Source: an uncultured Gammaproteobacteria bacterium
Lineage (GTDB): Bacteria > Pseudomonadota > Gammaproteobacteria > JAURND01
Assembly (NCBI GenBank): GCA_963714975.1
Contig: CAVQQD010000002.1
Location: 480,001-544,000 of the forward strand
Direction of reading: 5' to 3'
Length of the DNA stretch: 64,000 bases
Shown: positions 8,783-17,714 of the stretch, piece by piece
How the letters are laid out: each line of letters starts with the position of its first letter
Numbering within the stretch: position 1 is the first letter of the stretch
The notes under the pieces: model-generated
Database searches by the model: none
Seen by the model: the letters and a program-made list of their open reading frames with translations, nothing else
What the model was told of the DNA's origin: nothing
Position numbers and translations under genes: made by a program

Positions 8783-9602
8783 CTAAAGCATAGCTGGGGA
8801 TAAATTTGGGCTTAAAGTAGGCTAACTGATAAGTTACCAAGGAGATTAGCAGTAGGGCAATGCAGGAGTAAGCAATCAGGACGTTGTTTCTAGGATACAT
8901 ATTAGCAAAACGTTGCAAATAACCTTGTATTTTCACGGTCTTAAATAATTGATAGGCACATTCGGAAATGATAATGCCGACGATTCCATCCAGCAAAATA
9001 TGAATTTTCAGAGTGAAGGCGCCAATAGACATGCCAATAAACCAAAGTAAATAGATATAACTTAGTAATTTAAATCGTTCAAAGCTATAGCGCAGGATTA
9101 TCCAGCCACTACCGATGTGATACGAGGGAAAAGAATTCCAAGGAGAAGTGATAGACATAATAAATCGAACATTGGCTGTTAGCCAGTCTGTGTCCTGTGT
9201 TTGCCAAAATGTTATAAATCCAGGATCTTCCCATAGTGGAACTTGGGTAGGAAATAGGAAATACAGGGCATAATGAATGGATAGTACTAATAAACAGGTG
9301 AAAAAGATTCGATAAAATAGCAGAAAATTGAGCCTTGATTGAACAATAATGATCCAGGACATCAGAAAAGGAACAATTAAGGCACTGGAATAGAACAATG
9401 ACCAAGAAATTGTAAAATGGATGTTTTTATCGATAGGTGTAGTAATTAACTCGATATAATTTACTTGGCGATAACCGACCAGATCGCCAATAAATCCATA
9501 TTGCGCCCAATAGCAAAGAGTGATAAGAAATAAAACCGCTATTTCTAGAAATCGTAATAATGGGGTTGAATGAGTATTTACGTGTATTTCTTGCTGCAAC
9601 AT
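8745..9602 (-). CDS. PAP2/Aur1-like (inositol phosphorylceramide synthase-like) membrane phosphotransferase/phosphatase
   Basis: Multiple hydrophobic segments; NSFPSYH and HILLD motifs give the His-His-Asp triad. Confidence 0.7.
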   Translation of the reverse strand: MLQQEIHVNTHSTPLLRFLEIAVLFLITLCYWAQYGFIGDLVGYRQVNYIELITTPIDKNIHFTISWSLFYSSALIVPFLMSWIIIVQSRLNFLLFYRIFFTCLLVLSIHYALYFLFPTQVPLWEDPGFITFWQTQDTDWLTANVRFIMSITSPWNSFPSYHIGSGWIILRYSFERFKLLSYIYLLWFIGMSIGAFTLKIHILLDGIVGIIISECAYQLFKTVKIQGYLQRFANMYPRNNVLIAYSCIALLLISLVTYQLAYFKPKFIPSYALEIPSPPPVRQRG

Positions 9603-9704
9603 GGGCTTTGGTACCTTCGAAATTAGGAGAGAATTATAGCGCTTATCTTTGCTTCGTCAATCCTATATAATCCGTTAACCAATTATCGTTAAGAGGAGAA
9701 TGCT

Positions 9705-10748
9705 ATGCTGCCCACACGTGGTTATGCTGCTGTAAGTGCGGATGCGCCTTTACAAGCTTTTAATTTTGAAAGACGTGAGCTTGGCCCTCACGATGTTTTT
9801 ATTAAGATACTTTATTGTGGCGTTTGCCATTCTGATATCCATCAAGTCCGTAATGAATGGGGGCACACGACCTATCCGGTGGTGCCAGGCCATGAAATTG
9901 TGGGCAAAGTGGCTGGTATAGGCAGTGCGGTTACGAAATTTAAAATAGAAGATATTGTTGGCGTAGGTTGCTTTGTCGATTCTTGTCGGCAATGTCTTAA
10001 CTGCCAAGAAGGTGAAGAGCAATTCTGTGAAAACGGTGTTTCCTATACCTATTGTGGGACAGAGCAGGATAAGAAAACTTCAACTCAAGGGGGTTATTCT
10101 GCACAAATTGTCGTCGATGAGAATTATGTCTTAAAAATTTCTGCAAAATTATCCTTGGCTAATGCTGCCCCGCTGTTGTGTGCAGGCATTACCACCTATG
10201 CACCTTTGAAACGGTTTAAAATAGGGGCTGGTCACAAAGTAGGCATTATTGGGTTAGGTGGTTTAGGCCATATGGCGGTGAAATTTGCTGCTGCTTTTGG
10301 GGCAGAAGTGACTGTTTTTAGTACTTCTGCCGCTAAAGAGGCGGATGCACGCCGTTTTGGAGCCAAGCATTTTGTGCTTACCAACAAACCCGAAACCCTG
10401 CAACCTTTGCTAGGACAGTTTGATTTTATTCTGGATACGGTTTCGGCAAAGCATGACATCAATAGGTATTTAAGTCTGCTTAAACGAGGGGGTACTTTAG
10501 TACTGGTAGGTGTCCCAGAACATCCGTTTGAAGTTCAGCCATTTGCATTACTTGCGAACCGTAGAAGCTTTGCTGGCTCTAATATTGGTGGCATTCGAGA
10601 GACTCAAGAGATGCTAGATTATTGTGCTAAACATAATATTAGTTCAGAAGTCGAAGTAATTCCCATCCACGAAATTGAAGCAGCCTTCGCGCGTACGATT
10701 AAGGGCGATGTGCGTTTTCGATTCGTTATTGATATGGCGAGTTTATAG
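9705..10748 (+). CDS. NADP-dependent zinc alcohol dehydrogenase (CAD/YahK-like)
   Basis: CGVCHSD, VPGHE, structural Zn cysteines, PLLCAGIT, GLGGLG, RFRFVID. Confidence 0.95.
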   Translation: MLPTRGYAAVSADAPLQAFNFERRELGPHDVFIKILYCGVCHSDIHQVRNEWGHTTYPVVPGHEIVGKVAGIGSAVTKFKIEDIVGVGCFVDSCRQCLNCQEGEEQFCENGVSYTYCGTEQDKKTSTQGGYSAQIVVDENYVLKISAKLSLANAAPLLCAGITTYAPLKRFKIGAGHKVGIIGLGGLGHMAVKFAAAFGAEVTVFSTSAAKEADARRFGAKHFVLTNKPETLQPLLGQFDFILDTVSAKHDINRYLSLLKRGGTLVLVGVPEHPFEVQPFALLANRRSFAGSNIGGIRETQEMLDYCAKHNISSEVEVIPIHEIEAAFARTIKGDVRFRFVIDMASL

Positions 10749-10771
10749 AAAATCCCTTCTCCCCTTGTGGG

Positions 10772-10908
10772 AGCTATCCGATGCACACAAATCGGTCAGC
10801 AATTCCGCTGAAGCCTTGCTCCCCGGCGGGTCCTGCCGGCTGCGGCACCCGCCGGTCTAATGACGGAGCAGCGACAATTGCTGACCGATTTGTGTACATC
10901 GGATAGCT
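10772..10908. repeat. MITE-like element (family D) with 33-bp terminal inverted repeats, nested in a family A repeat
   Basis: agctatccgatgcacacaaatcggtcagcaatt at 10772-10804 and its inverse at 10876-10908 (1 mismatch); partial inverted copy at 30436-30531. Confidence 0.85.
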
Positions 10909-11057
10909 TGTAGCTGAAGGTCGGATGATGGTGCATCATTATTCGGCTTTTAATACGGGAATACGGTATTGGACTTTCATTTAATCAGTTAAGCTTCCTT
11001 GGCTAGTTTGTTACTAGCAATGATAAAACCTATTTTAACTATTAAAGGAGCACACTT

Positions 11058-11378
11058 ATGCTATATCGTATTATTCTTCAGGGCTGTTTGATTTTTTCTT
11101 TGTTGTTTTCAGGACTTGCAGGCGCAGAACCAAGTTCCAAAATGGTTTCTGTGAGTGGGACCCAAGCTTCACCAACCATCAATATTAATATCGCCGACAG
11201 CAATCAGCTGCGAACTCTCAAAGGAGTGGGGGCTAATAAAGCTCAGGCTATTCTCGATTATCGGGCACAACATGGGGCATTTAAATCTGTCGATGAACTA
11301 GCAAATGTCAAAGGCATTGGCGAGAGACGCTTTGCTCAAATACAGAAAAAGAATCCCGGTAGAATTGTAGTGCAGTAG
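11058..11378 (+). CDS. comEA: ComEA-family helix-hairpin-helix DNA-binding protein
   Basis: Signal peptide, ININIAD, LKGVGANKAQAILDYR, FKSVDEL, VKGIG. Confidence 0.9.
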   Translation: MLYRIILQGCLIFSLLFSGLAGAEPSSKMVSVSGTQASPTININIADSNQLRTLKGVGANKAQAILDYRAQHGAFKSVDELANVKGIGERRFAQIQKKNPGRIVVQ

Positions 11379-11389
11379 TTTTGTTGAGT

Positions 11390-11414
11390 TCCCTCTCCCG
11401 CAAGCGGGAGAGGA
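11390..11414. repeat. Family A short hairpin, likely comEA terminator
   Basis: tccctctcccgcaagcgggagagga followed by tttt. Confidence 0.7.
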
Positions 11415-11597
11415 TTTTCCAATAAGGCAGGCCCAGGATTGATTCTCCTGTGTGCTGCTCTTGCTTTTCGGTATATAAACAGCAGGCCCTCCTTTGATAC
11501 GGCACAAATGGAGGACTCAACAACTAAATCGGCAGCAGCTTTAACTCAGCTCCAGCAACCGGGTAGAGGCTGATTATTAATGCAAGCCCTTAATCTT

Positions 11598-12803
11598 CTA
11601 TGAGCTCAGTTTTTTCCTTCTGGGAAAATCTGGCATGATCCGTTTCATGAATTCTCCAAATAATGGCACTGTAAAGGCAGTGTCGCCATGTTTTGGGCTA
11701 TAAATCATCCCTTTTTTTATTAAATTATTCCGCAGAGGGGCCACGCTTTGTACATCGAGGCCGAGTTCTTCGGCGATTTCTCCAGATCGTTGAGCGGCAG
11801 CGCCTAATTCAGCAAGCGCTCTGAGATATTCTTTTTCTCTTGGGGTTAAACGGTCAAACCGAACGCGAAAAAAATTTTGGTCGAGCTTTTGAATGGCAGT
11901 AGTTGTGGCTTGTTTTGCCACATCAATGTCTATGGGCGATTTAGTAGCAAGATTCCATGCTGAGTAACCCCATTCTTGAAGAAAATAAGGATAGCCTTCA
12001 GTGACCCGAAGGATTTCATCTAAGGCTTTTTCTGTGAAACTTACTCCTTCTCGCTTAACGGGGGCTTGTAAAGCTACCTTTGCATCTTCCTTTTTTAAAG
12101 GCCCTAATTCTGGAAAGTCAAAAAGTCGCTCGGCATAGGATTTAGCGAGCCCTGTTTTTCTCACAAGTTGGGGTAGTCCAGCCCCAATGAGGACTACTGG
12201 CAGGGATTTTTGTGATAGTTTGTGTTGAGCCATAATAAGTGAACTTAATTCTTCTTCATTTAAATATTGGAGCTCATCAATAATAATAGCGATGGCGGTA
12301 TTACGCGTTTTTGCTGCTTCTCCAATAGCAATAAAAACCTGAGCGAGATCAGCTTCTAAGTCGCCACTGTCAGCGATTCCTTTTTCAGGGTCGATATCCA
12401 AACCTAAATCGATATTTTGGATTTTAATGTTAAGATTAATTCTCGATATAAAGCTTTTTAAAATCCGCAGGGCTCTTTTTACTTTACTATTTACTTCCTT
12501 GTCATCAAGCACGAAAAGTATTCGACGTAGCTCAGGGAGTAATAATTCAGGAAGTAATTTTTTTTCATGAGCTTCTATCATAGCCATTTGATATCCTTCC
12601 AATTCTGCTAATTTAGAAATTTCATGTAAAAGAACAGTCTTACCTGTTCCCCGTAATCCAATAAGTAGAATACTTTTTTCAGCTCGACCACGCTTGACCC
12701 GTGCCAAGGTCATCATAGCCTGTTTTAGAATATCGCTTCTGCCCGCGAGTTCTGGGGGAGGGGTGCCAGCGCCAGGAGAAAAAGGGTTATGTAAGGGATT
12801 CAT
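11598..12803 (-). CDS. AAA-family ATPase with C-terminal winged helix
   Basis: NPFSPGAGTPPPELAGR, Walker A GLRGTGKT, Walker B IIIDELQ, GYPYFLQ. Confidence 0.85.
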   Translation of the reverse strand: MNPLHNPFSPGAGTPPPELAGRSDILKQAMMTLARVKRGRAEKSILLIGLRGTGKTVLLHEISKLAELEGYQMAMIEAHEKKLLPELLLPELRRILFVLDDKEVNSKVKRALRILKSFISRINLNIKIQNIDLGLDIDPEKGIADSGDLEADLAQVFIAIGEAAKTRNTAIAIIIDELQYLNEEELSSLIMAQHKLSQKSLPVVLIGAGLPQLVRKTGLAKSYAERLFDFPELGPLKKEDAKVALQAPVKREGVSFTEKALDEILRVTEGYPYFLQEWGYSAWNLATKSPIDIDVAKQATTTAIQKLDQNFFRVRFDRLTPREKEYLRALAELGAAAQRSGEIAEELGLDVQSVAPLRNNLIKKGMIYSPKHGDTAFTVPLFGEFMKRIMPDFPRRKKLSS

Positions 12804-12962
12804 TTATAACAACCTTATCTTAGTTTATCAATGTTACTGATTTTATCGAATACATAGATAAGGTCAAGTAATTTAGCTATAAATAGATTTGATAAACTCC
12901 TACCTGCGGCCACTTTCTCCCAAAATCCAAAGGGGAGGGGGTAGGGGGGGGCCCCGCCCGCA

Positions 12963-14462
12963 TCACTTCTTCTGTATAAACCCCACAATGATCAGCATGA
13001 GCATGATTAATAATATCGGGTAACTCCCCATTTTCATCCAGGGGGTACTTCCGATCATGGCATGGATGGTGCCGGTTAATACCGCAACTTGGTACAGGGG
13101 GGCAAAAGCAATTACTTTTCCTTGAGGATTAATAATGGCAGTGATTGCATCATTAGTGCTCATTAAGAGATAACGCCCTGTTTCGAGAGCACGCATTTGT
13201 GCGATTTCAACATGCTGAGCCGCGGCGAAGGATTTTCCGAACCAGCTATCGTCACTCAAAGTAATGAGCAATTGTCCCTCGGGTAAGCTACGCAGGACGA
13301 GTTCTGGAAAGGCGATTTCATAGCAAATATAGGTGGCTACTGGAATGCCATTGGCAATAATTAAAGGTTGATGGTGAGAGCCACTACTGAAATCCGACAT
13401 AGGAATTTGTAAATAATTGCCAAACCACTCGAGTAGAAATCGTAATGGGATATATTCGCCAAATGGCACCAGATGTTGTTTTAAATAAATTCCAGTACCA
13501 TTGCCGATCGCAATTGCGCCATTATAAAAACGATTATCTTGGTCTACAGGAATTCCAGTAATTAAGGCACTATTCTGAGATTTTAATTTATCATTGAGTT
13601 TGTTAATAAACCCTTCCGCTTGGTTCAAGGGATAGGCGATAGCTGCCTCTGGCCAGACAATGATTTGATTATCCTGTAAAGGATAGGTCAGTTTTTCGTA
13701 CAAATTTAAGCTGGCAATAGTATGTGCCTCATCCCATTTTATTTGAGTTGGGATATTTCCTTGGACTAGACTGACTTTAGTAGCTGGACCTATGGGTTGG
13801 GTCCATTGGATGTGGGTTAAGGCGAAACCCAATGACCAAACTCCAATGAACAATACTATGATCATCAGGGTTAGGCCTAATTTTTTTCGGGCAAATACGA
13901 AAAGCACAACCAGCAAACTACTAGAAAATGCTACGGCCCAAGAGATTCCATAGATTCCTGTAACAGGCGCTAAACCTCGTAAAGGGGTGGCAACTTGCGA
14001 ATATCCTAAAAACAGCCAAGGAAAGCCGGTTAATAGCCAAGACCGTACCCATTCAAGTAATACCCATAAATTCGGGAAAATTAATAGTAGTTTAAAAAGG
14101 TTATTTTTAGGAAAAAATTTTGTCAATAAAACCCCCAGCACAGCTGGGAATAAGGCCATAAATAAAATAAGTAATGCAGTCAGAAGAACTGACACGAAAT
14201 GGCTGGCATGGCCAAACACATGTAAACTGACATAAACCCATGAAATACTGATGCCAAAAAAACCTATGCCAAACAGCTCTCCTCTAAGGAAAGCACGAAG
14301 TGGGGAAACCCAAAGCCAGCTGATTAAGAGCAGGGCCGGACACAGGATAGCAAGTGCGTATAGGTTGAAAGGAGCAAAAGCTAAGGATAGGAGTGCACCC
14401 GAAGCTAAAGCACCTAAATCAGCATACCAACGAGCTGGTTTCTTGAGGTCATGAATTTGCAT
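12963..14462 (-). CDS. lnt: Apolipoprotein N-acyltransferase
   Basis: TGFPW, VQGNI, WPEAA, KQHLVPFGEY, ICYEI, MRALETGR. Confidence 0.95.
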   Translation of the reverse strand: MQIHDLKKPARWYADLGALASGALLSLAFAPFNLYALAILCPALLLISWLWVSPLRAFLRGELFGIGFFGISISWVYVSLHVFGHASHFVSVLLTALLILFMALFPAVLGVLLTKFFPKNNLFKLLLIFPNLWVLLEWVRSWLLTGFPWLFLGYSQVATPLRGLAPVTGIYGISWAVAFSSSLLVVLFVFARKKLGLTLMIIVLFIGVWSLGFALTHIQWTQPIGPATKVSLVQGNIPTQIKWDEAHTIASLNLYEKLTYPLQDNQIIVWPEAAIAYPLNQAEGFINKLNDKLKSQNSALITGIPVDQDNRFYNGAIAIGNGTGIYLKQHLVPFGEYIPLRFLLEWFGNYLQIPMSDFSSGSHHQPLIIANGIPVATYICYEIAFPELVLRSLPEGQLLITLSDDSWFGKSFAAAQHVEIAQMRALETGRYLLMSTNDAITAIINPQGKVIAFAPLYQVAVLTGTIHAMIGSTPWMKMGSYPILLIMLMLIIVGFIQKK

Positions 14463-14475
14463 AAATTATTTATTA

Positions 14476-15327
14476 TTATTTTCGTTCTTGATTTAATGGG
14501 CTCGGTAATGTGACTTGTAATAAGCGTATTCTGCGTTTATCTGCATAGAGTACTCTGAATTCAATCTCTTCATACATGACAAATTCATTGCGCTTAGGCA
14601 GGTAGCCAAAGCAGCTAGTGATTAAGCCTCCTACGGTATCGAATTCCTCGTCACTAAAGTTGGTGGAAAAAAAATGATTAAAATCACTAATTTTAGTAAG
14701 TGCATTAAGGGTATATTGCGTTTCATTAATTTGGGAAATAGTACTTGATCCCTCATCGATATCGTATTCATCTTCAATTTCGCCAACAATCAGTTCAAGC
14801 ACATCTTCAATCGTTAACAGGCCGGAAACGCCACCATATTCATCAGCAACAATTGCCATGTGATTACGTGTACCTCGAAATTCTTCTAACAAGACATTCA
14901 GTCGTTTGCTTTCAGGAATAAAAGCGGCTGGCCTTAATAATTGTTTTAAATTGAATTCCTCTTCTTCTTGTTTATGTGAAGTAAAACGCAATAAATCTTT
15001 AGCCAGCAAAATTCCTACCACTTCATCGCGGTTTTCTTTAATGACAGGAAAACGTGAGTGCGCTGAGGAAATGATAATGGGCAAAATTTCCTCTAAAGAT
15101 CCATCCTGAGGAATTACTATCATTTGTGAGCGTGGAATCATGATATCGCGTACATGCATATCATAGACTTGCAGAACCCCTTCCATCATGCGTAGGGCAT
15201 CACGTTCTATAAGATGGTGTTCAACAGCATCTTGTAGACAGGTGAGAAGCTCTTCTTGGTTTTTGGGACGTGAAAGAGCTTGGGCTAAACGTTCTAACCA
15301 AGATTTATTGGATGAGTCATGGTTCAT
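14476..15327 (-). CDS. corC: CBS-domain Mg/Co efflux protein
   Basis: VRDIMIPRSQM, HSRFPV, AIVADEYGGVSGLLTIED; adjacent to lnt. Confidence 0.9.
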   Translation of the reverse strand: MNHDSSNKSWLERLAQALSRPKNQEELLTCLQDAVEHHLIERDALRMMEGVLQVYDMHVRDIMIPRSQMIVIPQDGSLEEILPIIISSAHSRFPVIKENRDEVVGILLAKDLLRFTSHKQEEEEFNLKQLLRPAAFIPESKRLNVLLEEFRGTRNHMAIVADEYGGVSGLLTIEDVLELIVGEIEDEYDIDEGSSTISQINETQYTLNALTKISDFNHFFSTNFSDEEFDTVGGLITSCFGYLPKRNEFVMYEEIEFRVLYADKRRIRLLQVTLPSPLNQERK

Positions 15328-15330
15328 TTA

Positions 15331-15618
15331 TTACATGTTCTCCTGTGGTGGAGAAGCTACTTCCTGTGCTCCTTTTTTGAGCCGTCGTTTAAGCACGCGC
15401 AGTTCTTGCTTTAATTTTAAGAATGGAAAAATCGTGGTAAGCAATCCAAGTAAGATTCCTAATCCTAATACATACACGAGTAACAAAGAAAGTGAAATCT
15501 GTGTAGTTCCGAGGTAATAATTTAAACGAATAGGACTTGCATTGAGTGCAGCAAAAGTGATTGCAAGTATAATAATAATTAATAAGAAGATGTATGAAAT
15601 AATCCGGGTGATTTTCAT
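15331..15618 (-). CDS. lapA: Lipopolysaccharide assembly protein LapA family
   Basis: Two TM segments, FAALN..LNYY motif, basic coiled tail; downstream of rpsA. Confidence 0.75.
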   Translation of the reverse strand: MKITRIISYIFLLIIIILAITFAALNASPIRLNYYLGTTQISLSLLLVYVLGLGILLGLLTTIFPFLKLKQELRVLKRRLKKGAQEVASPPQENM

Positions 15619-15637
15619 GGTTATCCCTTTAAGAAAA

Positions 15638-15690
15638 CTTCCCCCTGACAAAAAGGGGGAATGTTTAACCCCCTTTTTTCAAAGGGGGAA
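15638..15690. repeat. Paired short C/G-run hairpins (family A-related) between rpsA and lapA
   Basis: cttccccct..aagggggaa and aacccccttttttcaaagggggaa. Confidence 0.55.
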
Positions 15691-15693
15691 TGT

Positions 15694-17376
15694 TTACTTA
15701 GAATCATCCTTGCCTTCAACCTGTTCGCGAAACAAATCACCTAAGGTTGTGTTGACGACGGTATCTTTTTTGCTTGGTGTAGTACGGGTTTCTTTGGGGG
15801 ATTCTTCATTTAATGCCTTTAAAGATAAGCTAAAGACCCCAAATTTACGATCCACTCCAATCAATTTGGCCGTTACTTCTTCTCCGACTTTAAGGAATTC
15901 TTGTACATCCTTGACTGGTTCCGTGCTGATCTCTTGAGCCCGAATATGTCCTTGTAATTCGCCGCCCAAATCGATGACTGCCCGCTTGGTATCTACAGAA
16001 AGTACGTGGCCAGTTACAATTGTTCCTTTGGGATGTTCTTCCAAATATTTCGCAAATGGATCATTTTCTATTTGTTTAATGCCAAGTGAGATGCGTTCTC
16101 GTTCTGGATCAATAGCAAGGATGATGGCATCAATCTGATCTCCCTTGCGGAAGCGACGAATTGCGGCTTCTCCTGACTCTTTCCAGGAAATATCAGATAA
16201 ATGCACTAATCCATCAATACCACCATCCAGGCCGATAAATACGCCAAAATCAGTAATAGACTTGACAGTGCCAGTAACTTTTTCACCTTTATTATGATTA
16301 TGCGCAAACTCTTCCCAAGGATTGGGCTGACATTGCTTCATGCCCAGTGAAATGCGGCGTCGGTCTTCGTCAATTTCTAATACCAGCACTTCCACTTCTT
16401 CACCAGGTTGTACTAATTTAGCTGGATGTACATTCTTGTTAGTCCAGTCCATTTCAGACATATGAACCAAACCTTCAATCCCGTCTTCAATTTGTACAAA
16501 GCAGCCGTAATCTGTGATATTTGTCACTTTGCCAAATAAGCGTGAGTTAACCGGGTAGCGACGTGCGATGTCTGACCATGGGTCTTCACCCAATTGTTTA
16601 AGTCCTAGGGATACGCGTCTCTTTTCTCTGTCGTATTTGAGTACTTTCACTTTGATTTCATCACCGACTTTTAAAATTTCGTTGGGATGTTTTACCCGCT
16701 TCCAGGCCATGTCAGTAATGTGTAATAAACCATCAATGCCACCAAGATCAATAAAGGCGCCGTAATCGGTAATGTTTTTGACTACTCCTACAAATTCTTG
16801 CCCTTCTTGTAGGGTTTCTAGTAATACTTGGCGTTCACTACCGGCTTCTTCTTCCACTACAGCGCGGCGGGAGACCACAACGTTATTACGTTTTTGATCC
16901 ATCTTGATGACTTTGAGTTCTAAGCTTTTTCCTTCAAGAATCGAAGTTTCACGCGCTGCTGAGCGGGCATCAACCAGAGAACCAGGTAAAAATGCACGAA
17001 CTGAGTCAAGATCAACTGTGAATCCACCTTTGACTCGTTCAGTGACTAAACCTAGTACAGTTTCGCCTGCTTCATAGGCTTTTTCTAATTTTTGCCATGC
17101 TTCAGTGCGTCGGGCTTTTTCTCGGGATACACGAGTGGACCCATGACCATCTTCTAAAGCCTCTACCACAACCGCAACTTCATTACCTATCTGGATGGTT
17201 TCGCCACGAAATTCTTCTTTGGGAATAAAAGCATCGGACTTAAGTCCTGTGCTGACGACCACGGCGTCTGGGGTAACATTAATAATCTTGGCATTAACAG
17301 TTGTTCCTGGCCGAATATTGGCGCTGACAAGGGATTCCTCTAATAAATCAGCAAAGCTCTCGCTGGATGCGTTCAT
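15694..17376 (-). CDS. rpsA: 30S ribosomal protein S1
   Basis: Six S1 repeats; [28 protein letters not shown]. Confidence 0.98.
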   Translation of the reverse strand: MNASSESFADLLEESLVSANIRPGTTVNAKIINVTPDAVVVSTGLKSDAFIPKEEFRGETIQIGNEVAVVVEALEDGHGSTRVSREKARRTEAWQKLEKAYEAGETVLGLVTERVKGGFTVDLDSVRAFLPGSLVDARSAARETSILEGKSLELKVIKMDQKRNNVVVSRRAVVEEEAGSERQVLLETLQEGQEFVGVVKNITDYGAFIDLGGIDGLLHITDMAWKRVKHPNEILKVGDEIKVKVLKYDREKRRVSLGLKQLGEDPWSDIARRYPVNSRLFGKVTNITDYGCFVQIEDGIEGLVHMSEMDWTNKNVHPAKLVQPGEEVEVLVLEIDEDRRRISLGMKQCQPNPWEEFAHNHNKGEKVTGTVKSITDFGVFIGLDGGIDGLVHLSDISWKESGEAAIRRFRKGDQIDAIILAIDPERERISLGIKQIENDPFAKYLEEHPKGTIVTGHVLSVDTKRAVIDLGGELQGHIRAQEISTEPVKDVQEFLKVGEEVTAKLIGVDRKFGVFSLSLKALNEESPKETRTTPSKKDTVVNTTLGDLFREQVEGKDDSK

Positions 17377-17421
17377 AATAAGTTATTTCCGAATTAAACG
17401 TTGTTTCATTTTGATTACTTA

Positions 17422-17514
17422 CGTCGTCCTGGCATGGATGCCAGGATCCAGTTCACAAGGATGTGAAAGCATTGCTTCCTGCGAACTGGATCCCTGCATC
17501 CTGCAGGGACGACG
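17422..17514. repeat. Family B double-hairpin palindrome upstream of rpsA
   Basis: cgtcgtcctggcatggatgccaggatccag...ctggatccctgcatcctgcagggacgacg; siblings at 31816 and 60144. Confidence 0.9.
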
Positions 17515-17714
17515 GTTACGAAAAATCTTTCGAAAATATGCACGAAAGCATACACAATAAACACTAACAATGAGGTGGCAACGAAGGAGGGCTATAAGAG
17601 CAAAGTAGAAATTGTTTGTCATGTAGTATTCAATGTTTAGACTGTGCTCATGGTTTGTTTTAGTGTTTATCTCGAAAGACCCCTTGAGCTGTAAATTCAA
17701 CAGCTCTTCAATGA

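Noticed and set aside
17419-17700. 93-aa ORF (and 60093-60281) sharing peptide with the ligase insert
   Set aside because: Translations of family B repeats, not independent genes
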